Virus record (IMG/VR): IMGVR_UViG_3300024952_000001
Span: 1-53,223 of that record
Origin: a virus
Taxonomy: Duplodnaviria > Caudoviricetes
Length of the DNA: 53,223 nucleotides
Direction: 5' to 3' (one strand)
Shown: positions 7,258 through 14,541 of the stretch, piece by piece
Numbering within the stretch: the first letter of the stretch is position 1
How the letters are laid out: each line of letters opens with the position of its first letter
The notes under the pieces: generated by a model
The model's input: the letters and a program-made list of their open reading frames with translations, nothing else
Database searches by the model: none
What the model was told of the DNA's origin: nothing
Program-made: the position numbers and the translations under genes

Positions 7258-8550
7258 ATGAACAAGCCATTACAAACAGTAGAAGCCGCCAGCATTGCAA
7301 ATCAAGCACTGGTTACGTTAGACCCAGAAACTTACGCAGCAGCAGTTTACGAACCGTTTAAAGCGCGCCTAGAAACGGCGATTGCAAATAGCACAGGCAT
7401 TGAATACAACATTCAAACTAAAGAAGGCATGGCCGTAGCAAAAGAGCATCGCGCTGTCTTACGTGCTATCCGTATTGATGCAGATAAAGAGCGTGCAGCA
7501 CGTAAAGCGCCAATTACAGCTATCGGCAAATTGCTTGAAAGCAAATATACGGAACTTGAAAGCGCCGTAACTCCTCACGAAGATAAGTTTCACGCTGATA
7601 TTAAAGCCGAAGAAGAGCGCATCGAAACTGAGAAAGCAGCCAAGCTAAAAGCAGAAGAAGATGCAAAAGCCGCTATTCAAAACAAGATTGACGCTATCAA
7701 AAACAAGCCACTGGAAGTTATGAATAAATCAGTGGCCGATATTGAAGAGGCTATCGCGGAATTATCCCCGTTAATTCCTACGCCTGCCGAGTTTGGCGAA
7801 CGCTTTATAGAAGCCGAGTACGCATTAAAAGCTACGCTTGATACGCTTGCATCAATTGTATCTGGCAAGAAGGCGCAAGAGCAGCTGGAAGCCCAGAACC
7901 GCGCATTACAGGCAGAGCAGGAAGCGAGAGAAGCCGAAGCGCAGCTGGCCGCTAAAGAGCAGGCGCGTGTTGATGGTATTAAGGCAAATATTCAGAACAT
8001 TAAGAACTTCATCATCGAAGGCTCTGAGTGTGAAACATCTGCGCAACTAGATAAGTTAATTGTCAACCTGCAAGCAATGGAAATCACAGAGGTTATATTC
8101 GCTGAGTTTCTAGAAGATGCATTAAGCGCTGCGTCTAAAACTTTGCAAGTACTTGATCGCCAGCATGCAGCAATGGTCAACGCCGAGCTAGCAGAATTAG
8201 AAGCTCGTAAAGCCAAAGAAGCCGCTGAAATCAAAGCACGCCAAGAGCTTGAAGCGCAAATCATTGCAGAGGCTAAGAACGATGACGGTGCTGTTGTTGA
8301 CGCGACATTTAACGAATCTGACTTTAACAAAGTTTTTGCTGATGCAATAAAAACTGGAACTGGCGTAATGAGTGTTTCAGTAAATGAGCAAAGTGAAGTT
8401 AAGGCAAATCACATACCTGCAGTACAAGTCGGAAGTGTGCGCCCTACTGCTCAATCAATCATCAACCTAGTAGCAAAGACATACAACGTTGATACAGCTA
8501 CAGCTAATCGCTGGTTGGCTCAATCGTTTGGCGAGTTGAAAGCGGCTTAA
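7258..8550 (+). CDS. Long coiled-coil protein in the recombination module
   Basis: Ala/Glu/Lys-rich heptads; SD AAGGA before ATG 7258. Confidence 0.75.
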   Translation: MNKPLQTVEAASIANQALVTLDPETYAAAVYEPFKARLETAIANSTGIEYNIQTKEGMAVAKEHRAVLRAIRIDADKERAARKAPITAIGKLLESKYTELESAVTPHEDKFHADIKAEEERIETEKAAKLKAEEDAKAAIQNKIDAIKNKPLEVMNKSVADIEEAIAELSPLIPTPAEFGERFIEAEYALKATLDTLASIVSGKKAQEQLEAQNRALQAEQEAREAEAQLAAKEQARVDGIKANIQNIKNFIIEGSECETSAQLDKLIVNLQAMEITEVIFAEFLEDALSAASKTLQVLDRQHAAMVNAELAELEARKAKEAAEIKARQELEAQIIAEAKNDDGAVVDATFNESDFNKVFADAIKTGTGVMSVSVNEQSEVKANHIPAVQVGSVRPTAQSIINLVAKTYNVDTATANRWLAQSFGELKAA

Positions 8551-8580
8551 GAAAACGGCTGGCTCACGTAACGAGCCACC

Positions 8581-8705
8581 ACACGACTTGCTATTACCGA
8601 AATATGAATTAGTAGTGAACTTGATTTGGTACGGAAAAATAACCCAAGCTCGCAACTTGGATGCGCAAAAGTTCGATCAAGGTAACTGGTAGTAGTAAGC
8701 CGTGT
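8581..8705 (+). ncRNA. Candidate structured RNA 1
   Basis: 18-bp closing stem 8581-8598/8688-8705 (2 G-U, 1 mismatch) and an internal 5-bp/7-nt hairpin at 8644-8660. Confidence 0.55.
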
Positions 8706-8715
8706 AGTAAATAAA

Positions 8716-8793
8716 GCGCCTCTAGCTTAATAGGTAAAAGCAATCCGCTCATAACGGATAGATAGATAGGTTCAAATCCTACGAGGCGCACCA
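8716..8793 (+). tRNA. tRNA with CAU anticodon, probably tRNA-Ile2 (lysidine type)
   Basis: GCGCCTC/GAGGCGC acceptor stem, ATCCG-CTCATAA-CGGAT anticodon arm, GGTTCAAATCC T-arm, encoded CCA; C4-G69 and C5-G68 pairs present. Confidence 0.88.
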
Positions 8794-8795
8794 TG

Positions 8796-8875
8796 AATTA
8801 AGCCGACTTTATGATGTGGCGCATCACTAAAGCCAATGCGTAGGCTACCTCTAGTGGGGTTAAGTCGGTTTAATT
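8796..8875 (+). ncRNA. Candidate structured RNA 2 (four-way junction)
   Basis: 14-bp closing stem 8796-8809/8862-8875 enclosing hairpins tgatg/catca, agcc/ggct and acctc/ggggt. Confidence 0.55.
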
Positions 8876-9042
8876 GATGGTGTAGCAGCACTGTTTAGAA
8901 GTGCGAGAAGTGAGGGAACAAGCTCACACAATGAGGCCGAAAGGTTTTGAAGTTCTGCGGTTAGCCACAATTAGGCCAGATGGCTCGTTATCGAGAAGAG
9001 AAGCTAACCGAATGTAGGCGAAAGCTTACCGCACCATCACCA
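8876..9042 (+). ncRNA. Candidate structured RNA 3 (tRNA-like acceptor stem plus ACCA, multi-hairpin)
   Basis: GATGGTG/CACCATC-A-CCA closing stem; five internal helices, two capped by GAAA tetraloops. Confidence 0.6.
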
Positions 9043-9061
9043 ATTTTATGAAAGGTAGATC

Positions 9062-9145
9062 ATGGCAAAACATAAAAATGCAAAAGGCAGTAAACGAAAC
9101 TCAAGGCGTGATCGTGCAGAACAAAAACGGACACCGTGGCTATGA
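9062..9145 (+). CDS. 27-aa Arg/Lys-rich peptide
   Basis: SD AAAGGT; MAKHKNAKGSKRNSRRDRAEQKRTPWL; stop overlaps the next ATG (ATGA). Confidence 0.55.
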   Translation: MAKHKNAKGSKRNSRRDRAEQKRTPWL

Positions 9146-9633
9146 AAAAACAAAAGAAACGCACCAAGGCATTTAACCCTAGCAAACATCGTGTAGTGAT
9201 TAATGCAGTGTATCAAACCGTAAGACTAGCCAAGCCAGTAAGCGATGAAGCAAAGGTTAAGCTAAACGAGCAAATACATGGCGCACTTGAAGCTATTACA
9301 AAGGGCGTAGGCACACCAGAGCACTTTGATGTTTTAGCGTCAACGGTTGATGTTGTTTTCATGATGGCAATGAACCTATTTAACGATGCCTATAAAGATG
9401 AAATAGCCAACGCACGCCAAGCAATGTTTAGGCTTAAAGATAGGTTTCACAAGTTCGGCTCTTTTGGCTTTGACGGTGTAGGTTACAACGCGATTAAAGA
9501 GCTTGTAGCAATTCACGATGAAATGATGAATCACGTAACTGGCGCAGAAGTTTTGCAGTTTATGAATGCCAGGGCAAATGCAATTAAAGGCGGTAATTAT
9601 TACAGAAGTGAAAGTGAAAGGTTGGCGGCATGA
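9142..9633 (+). CDS. Hypothetical phage protein
   Basis: ORF track; basic N-terminus, helical body, C-terminal LAA. Confidence 0.75.
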   Translation: MKKQKKRTKAFNPSKHRVVINAVYQTVRLAKPVSDEAKVKLNEQIHGALEAITKGVGTPEHFDVLASTVDVVFMMAMNLFNDAYKDEIANARQAMFRLKDRFHKFGSFGFDGVGYNAIKELVAIHDEMMNHVTGAEVLQFMNARANAIKGGNYYRSESERLAA

Positions 9634-10055
9634 GTGATTTGATTAGCAGGGAAGCTTTAATGCAAGAGATTGGGAAACGTAGAGCATGTTCACATTCTAT
9701 GACCTTATCTGACGCAGAATTTATAGACCTAATCACCAACGCACCAGCAGTGAGCGATGAGCCTGCGGCTAGGTTTGTATCTAAGCGAGCAACGCCAGAA
9801 GGCACACAAGAATTTTTTGGTCTTATGCTAACAGATAATATTGAACCGTTATCTTTGCTATACACCACCCCACAACAACCTCAATCTGTTGCTGATGCGC
9901 TGGAAGAGGCGGCTAAGGCTATCTCAGAACGAAAACAAAGCACTATTTATTCTGACGAATCAGTTAGCGGCTTGATGTGCTACAACGAAGGTTTAGATGT
10001 AGCAATTCAGATTATCCGCACCCTTATCAAACGTAATGAGGTGAATCATGGATAA
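9630..10055 (+). CDS. Hypothetical modular nin-like protein
   Basis: MSDLISREAL...LYTTPQQP...ALEEAAK modules. Confidence 0.75.
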   Translation: MSDLISREALMQEIGKRRACSHSMTLSDAEFIDLITNAPAVSDEPAARFVSKRATPEGTQEFFGLMLTDNIEPLSLLYTTPQQPQSVADALEEAAKAISERKQSTIYSDESVSGLMCYNEGLDVAIQIIRTLIKRNEVNHG

Positions 10056-10536
10056 AACAATTATTGAAGATGCTAAAGCGGCAGGGTTCATAATTACAGA
10101 AAACGGCACGATATTTAGAAGCGCTAATACTAGCTGTAACAATCTATTAACTAAATTCGCCCAACTCCGCGAAGCTAGGCAATCCAGCCAGAGTGAGCCA
10201 GTAGCCGGATATGTTTCAAAGTTGCCGATTACCAATCCGCAATCAATCAGAGCGGATGACAATGACGTTTTCAAGATTCCTGTTTACGCCGCACCACAAC
10301 AGGCGATACCTAGCGTATGGCAACCGATTGAAACAGCGCCTAAAGATGGCACCGAGATAGATGTTTGGTGTTTTGATTCTGAAAACGAAGGCTATCGGGT
10401 TGCTAATGCTTGGTACTGCAACGCTTTAAATAAATGGCGTAGCTATGGCGATAATGAATTGATTTGGGCAAATATGCCTAGTTATTGGATGCCATTGCCA
10501 GCCTCACCTACCGCACCTATAGAAAGAGATAAATGA
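10048..10536 (+). CDS. DUF551-like modular protein
   Basis: WQPIETAPKDGT...YWMPLP. Confidence 0.75.
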   Translation: MDKTIIEDAKAAGFIITENGTIFRSANTSCNNLLTKFAQLREARQSSQSEPVAGYVSKLPITNPQSIRADDNDVFKIPVYAAPQQAIPSVWQPIETAPKDGTEIDVWCFDSENEGYRVANAWYCNALNKWRSYGDNELIWANMPSYWMPLPASPTAPIERDK

Positions 10537-10700
10537 TGAGTAACTACACTGTAGATTATTCAGAACAGCGAGCCTCATGGTGCATTTTTAAAAACGATAA
10601 GAACGGATTAACAAGAGAATTTATACATGGCGGCTATAACTCAAAATCCGAAGCGGAACTGCATTTGCCGCTAGTTGAAAAGAAAAGGTTTAAATCATGA
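10533..10700 (+). CDS. 55-aa hypothetical protein
   Basis: Hand-translated; fills the gap with ATGA overlaps at both ends. Confidence 0.6.
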   Translation: MMSNYTVDYSEQRASWCIFKNDKNGLTREFIHGGYNSKSEAELHLPLVEKKRFKS

Positions 10701-11020
10701 GTAAAGAACTAATAGAGCAGTTGGCTAAAGATAGTGGTGCTGAAAGTTCAACTTGGCGAAATGGCACAACTTACCATTACTTTACAAGCGAGCAACTAGA
10801 AGCCTTCGCTAAAGCCTACCAAGCCGCCGCGCCTATAGACAATGTAGCGGAAGCGTTAGAAAGAGCGCTTAGTGCACTATCTAATGCTGAATTTTTATTA
10901 CGGAAATATTGCCCTAACCATAATTGGCTAAATGGGTTTATGCGTGATAAGGAATCGGTTCGCGCACTAATCCCAGACACGCAAGCTAGTGCACAGAGTA
11001 ATGCAGAGTGGGTGGAGTGA
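10697..11020 (+). CDS. Hypothetical modular protein
   Basis: ORF track; SD AAGG. Confidence 0.7.
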   Translation: MSKELIEQLAKDSGAESSTWRNGTTYHYFTSEQLEAFAKAYQAAAPIDNVAEALERALSALSNAEFLLRKYCPNHNWLNGFMRDKESVRALIPDTQASAQSNAEWVE

Positions 11021-11340
11021 TGCTTAAGAACCCTATTGATAAATCAGACATAGATTATCCAAGAGATATTTTTATGGAGTTGTTTTTAGGTAGTAGCCCT
11101 TACGCTTTTTATTTATTCCAGTGGGTTGACTATAAAAATGATGCAAAAAGATACAGGCTTAAGTTAAATCACGATGTTAAGTTGTTTGACGGAACAGTAA
11201 TCGAAAATTGCTACCCTAATGCTAATAGTTTTCACGGAAAAGTAAGAGTTAATGATGATGATGTTGAATTTATCCGCATTAGTAAACAGCAATTTGGCAC
11301 TGAATTTAAAGACCCACGCACACCAAAGAAAGGTGAATGA
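11008..11340 (+). CDS. Hypothetical protein (start probably ATG 11020)
   Basis: ORF track; SD GGAG. Confidence 0.7.
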   Translation: MGGVMLKNPIDKSDIDYPRDIFMELFLGSSPYAFYLFQWVDYKNDAKRYRLKLNHDVKLFDGTVIENCYPNANSFHGKVRVNDDDVEFIRISKQQFGTEFKDPRTPKKGE

Positions 11341-11525
11341 TTATGGCTTGGAGAGGACTCACAGTAGAAAGCAAAGATTTCTGTTCTTATGATAAAAAAT
11401 CTTTAAAAGGCAAAATATATTGGTGGTTTGAATATATTTTCAACGCGGCACCTAAGTTTTGGTGGTACACAGTTATTGATAAGCTAAATGTATTCATACA
11501 TAAAATTAGAGATATAGGTGAATGA
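11337..11525 (+). CDS. Hypothetical Trp-rich small protein
   Basis: ATGA overlap. Confidence 0.6.
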   Translation: MIMAWRGLTVESKDFCSYDKKSLKGKIYWWFEYIFNAAPKFWWYTVIDKLNVFIHKIRDIGE

Positions 11526-11851
11526 TTATGAAATGTGCAAATTGTTATGATTCAGTTGCATCAATGCTGGCTGAGAAAATAAATGTTATAGAAGCAATTA
11601 CTAAGACAGCGGAAGAAGCTAGCGCCAGAGCAATTGCTGACCATGCAGAAATCCAAACACTACGCGCCAAAGTAGCATCGGCAGATGTGTTGGTGGAGGC
11701 TTTGACTATGCTACTCACAACTAGAGAATACAAAGAGGTTAACGGTAAAGATTATGTATATGACGCTATGAGGATAACGGCTTGGGATATGGCAGAAAAA
11801 GCCCTAGCCACCTACGACAAACTTAGTGAGGTTAAACATGACACAAAATAA
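11522..11851 (+). CDS. Hypothetical protein
   Basis: ATGA overlap. Confidence 0.7.
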   Translation: MIMKCANCYDSVASMLAEKINVIEAITKTAEEASARAIADHAEIQTLRAKVASADVLVEALTMLLTTREYKEVNGKDYVYDAMRITAWDMAEKALATYDKLSEVKHDTK

Positions 11852-12290
11852 TGAGCACGAGAAGTTAGACGTTAGATATTTTAACGAGAAACTTAGATTA
11901 GTTCTTGAAGGATTGCCGAATTACACAAGAAGCGAACTTGCTAGAGAGTTGCAACGTTTATCAAATACGGCATCACCAATATCGCAGAACGAACAGCAAG
12001 AGGCGGTAGCTTACGCCGATGCATCATTAGTATGTACCATATCAACATACATGATTAAAGAGCTTGAATCTAGGAATGAAAATAACAAGTTCCCTTACCA
12101 TTTGTGGCCTACAAAACTCTACACCTCACCACCTAAGCAAATACCTGAGTGGATTGATGTAAGTTATGAAGAGCGTAGGGTTTTATATAAATCATTAGCA
12201 AAAGGTAACGTTGATAATTTTGCAAATTTATTAAGTGCTAGATTGCGTGAACTAAACACAGCACCAACCAATACTGAGGTGGTGGAATGA
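11826..12290 (+). CDS. Hypothetical modular protein (start probably ATG 11838)
   Basis: SD GAGG; EAVAY...LYTSPP module. Confidence 0.7.
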   Translation: MRLNMTQNNEHEKLDVRYFNEKLRLVLEGLPNYTRSELARELQRLSNTASPISQNEQQEAVAYADASLVCTISTYMIKELESRNENNKFPYHLWPTKLYTSPPKQIPEWIDVSYEERRVLYKSLAKGNVDNFANLLSARLRELNTAPTNTEVVE

Positions 12291-12754
12291 CTAACCAAGT
12301 AAATCAAGCGTTTGAGAAGTGGTATTTAATACATAGTGATGGGTATTCGCACAATGGGTTAAAGAAAGCATGGCAAGCCGCCACCAAATCCAGCGAGAGT
12401 GAAATAAATTCACTTAAGCAACGTGTGGAGGAACTCCAAGCAGATAACTCGCGATTGAGGGATGCTTTGGAGAGAATAGTTAAAGCAGATGACAATGTTT
12501 ACAACTGCGAAGATGATTACCAAGGTGACGTAATAGGTAAATTGTCAGACATTCACTTTAAAGCATATAACAAAGCTCGCAAAGTCCTATCCTCAACCCC
12601 TACGCAATCATTAGCATCGCATGATAATGAGGTGATTGAACGCTGTAAAAACATTGTGGCCAATGACGCACTAGCGATTACGTTTCAAAGCATGGGCGCA
12701 TATAGAAGCGCCATCATCAAACAAATAGGCGAACTGAAAGCCGAGCATGACTAG
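12287..12754 (+). CDS. Hypothetical coiled-coil protein
   Basis: AFEKWY...AWQAA module followed by a coiled coil. Confidence 0.7.
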   Translation: MTNQVNQAFEKWYLIHSDGYSHNGLKKAWQAATKSSESEINSLKQRVEELQADNSRLRDALERIVKADDNVYNCEDDYQGDVIGKLSDIHFKAYNKARKVLSSTPTQSLASHDNEVIERCKNIVANDALAITFQSMGAYRSAIIKQIGELKAEHD

Positions 12755-12899
12755 ATAGTTCTACGTTATATGGCTGGGCGGCACCAAAGAAGCAAAAGGC
12801 TTCTCAGTGGCATCGCAACTGGCAAGCGATTTATTCAAGCAAGGCTTTTAGTCTGAAATTAAAGTTAAGTACAAACAAGAAAAGTTAGAAGGGAAATAG
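12747..12899 (+). pseudogene. Possible 50-codon gene broken by two in-frame TAG codons
   Basis: MTR*FYVIWLGGTKEAKGFSVASQLASDLFKQGF*SEIKVKYKQEKLEGK*; fills the gap before xis. Confidence 0.4.
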
Positions 12900-12901
12900 C
12901 A

Positions 12902-13117
12902 ATGAGTGAGTTTGAAATAGCATTAAAAGCAGTGCAGACTTATGCAGAAATGCACCCAAGGCCGCTACAAGTTACGCAGAAACAAGCAGCGGAGATATTA
13001 GGCATTAGTCAAAATACACTTAGAAAGATTGTATCTCGTGGCGATATTAAGCTGAATAAAATTGGCATGATTTCAATTACTGAGATAGATAATGCCTTAC
13101 TTAGTCGAGCAGCTTAG
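12902..13117 (+). CDS. xis: Excisionase-like HTH protein
   Basis: VTQKQAAEILGISQNTLRKIVSRGDI; adjacent to and convergent with the integrase. Confidence 0.75.
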   Translation: MSEFEIALKAVQTYAEMHPRPLQVTQKQAAEILGISQNTLRKIVSRGDIKLNKIGMISITEIDNALLSRAA

Positions 13118-14072
13118 AAATGTCGCTTGCTTTCGGGTTGTAGTAAGTGAGCGCCATTTTAGTGTCTGACCAGCCAAATATCTTACATAGAGTCAAAGCA
13201 TCAACCTTACGGCTGATCCACGTTGCTGCAGTATGTCTTGCATCGTGAAAAGTAAAGCCTTCTAGCCCGGCTTTATCCCTAGCCTTTCTGAATAGCACAT
13301 CACGCACGGTATCAGTTAAATTAAATACCAGCGCATCATCGTAGCCTCGCATTCGCTCTATCAGCCTGATTGCTTTCTTTGATAACGGCACATTGCGCGG
13401 AATGGTTTTTGTCATCGGCAGAATACAATAATTTGACTTAACATTAACCCAAGTTAAATCACACAACTCACCTGCCCTCATGCCAGTTCTAAGTGCTACT
13501 AAAAAGCATACCGCAACTGACTGTGATTTGTTTTTAATCTCACCTCTGGTTAAACCAAACGCTTTCAGCATTTTCTTAATCTGCCAGCGTGTTATTGTCA
13601 CTTCTCTATGCCTTGGTGCCGGCGGCTTTCGCACATCTTTGAGCGGATTTTCAGAAACCCACTTTAACTCGCGCCTGGCGAACTCAAATATAGATCGCAA
13701 CATACCAAGCTCACGGATAATAGAGCCAGCACTAAGCGTCTGTTTATCGCGCCATTGGCCTATTATTTCGGTAGTACATTTTGACAAAGGCTTATCTATT
13801 GGCAGGGCGCTCTTTAAAAACTTATTGATACGCACCACTTCCCAACGCGATCCGCGCTTTGTGATTGAAACTTCATCACGGTATTTTTCTAATAGATCGC
13901 GCAAGGTATGCTTATCCGATACAGGCAGCTTATCGCTGGCACGTAATTCTGTTTCACGCGCACTTGCCCAAGCGTTAGCTTCACGCATTGTACGGAATGT
14001 TTGGCTGTCTCGTACGCCTTTGACATAGACAAAAGCTCGATAGCCCTTGGCTGATGGCTTAATTGAGGCCAT
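13101..14072 (-). CDS. int: Tyrosine integrase
   Basis: TGMRAGEL, TK, FHDARH, GW and YY catalytic set (R-K-H-R-W-Y). Confidence 0.95.
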   Translation of the reverse strand: MASIKPSAKGYRAFVYVKGVRDSQTFRTMREANAWASARETELRASDKLPVSDKHTLRDLLEKYRDEVSITKRGSRWEVVRINKFLKSALPIDKPLSKCTTEIIGQWRDKQTLSAGSIIRELGMLRSIFEFARRELKWVSENPLKDVRKPPAPRHREVTITRWQIKKMLKAFGLTRGEIKNKSQSVAVCFLVALRTGMRAGELCDLTWVNVKSNYCILPMTKTIPRNVPLSKKAIRLIERMRGYDDALVFNLTDTVRDVLFRKARDKAGLEGFTFHDARHTAATWISRKVDALTLCKIFGWSDTKMALTYYNPKASDISKLLD

Positions 14073-14077
14073 GACTT

Positions 14078-14337
14078 TGTGTGTAATTTATGTGTAATTT
14101 CATTGATATTATATGCGCTTTACAGTTTCAACAAAACGCATTGTAATACAATAAGTGATTGAATTTGATACTATTTGAAAGTTTTGATGTTAAACAATAT
14201 CAGATAAATGTGCTTCTTCTGGGCACCAAATAACAAGCAAATAAGCGGCTTTCAGACCATCTAGTGTAATTTATGTGTAACTAGGTTAAACATAGTATTA
14301 AATCACTACCTTTAACACTTAAAAAACGTTACACACA
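14078..14337. other. attP: core cttcttctgggcacca (14213-14228) flanked by arm-type repeats
   Basis: Core resembles a tRNA T-stem/acceptor 3' end with CCA (tRNA-Leu-like); 17-bp direct repeat gtgtaatttatgtgtaa at 14081 and 14264; inverted ttacacaca at 14329. Confidence 0.8.
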
Positions 14338-14451
14338 TCAAGCTAACTAGAATCGATTATAAACGTAATTGCATTTATATTCAGAACTATTGGATTTAAG
14401 TAATCGATGCAAATAAATACACACGCTCAACCAATGAGCTTATTATATCGC

Positions 14452-14541
14452 ATGGATAAAATATTATTGCTCGCTGGTTGGGTGGTTTTAGCTGGCTGTG
14501 CTTTATTTTCTATTGGGCGACTGCTTCTTTCTTTTTTCTAA
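14452..14541 (+). CDS. Putative 29-aa hydrophobic peptide or mini-lipoprotein
   Basis: MDKILLLAGWVVLAGCALFSIGRLLLSFF with an LAGC lipobox; in-frame upstream ATG at 14407. Confidence 0.35.
   Translation: MDKILLLAGWVVLAGCALFSIGRLLLSFF

Noticed and set aside
8467-8794. Minus-strand ORFs 8467..8655 and 8609..8794
   Set aside because: Antisense to the tRNA and structured RNA region; no coding signals
8928-8952. ATGAGGCCGAAAGG resembling a hammerhead ribozyme stem II
   Set aside because: The catalytic core CUGAUGA...GAAA is not intact (CAAUGA...GAAG) and stems I and III are not evident
12747-12899. Genome-wide TAG reassignment
   Set aside because: Long genes are uninterrupted in the standard code, several genes end in TAG, and no suppressor tRNA is present
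13101-14072. Integrase as a shufflon/invertase acting on tail fibres
   Set aside because: It sits next to xis and an attP-like site; I saw no inverted fibre cassettes or crossover repeats at 32.8-35.1 kb
14081-14280. Direct repeats as a CRISPR array
   Set aside because: Only two 17-bp copies 183 bp apart flanking the att core, consistent with integrase arm sites; no cas genes
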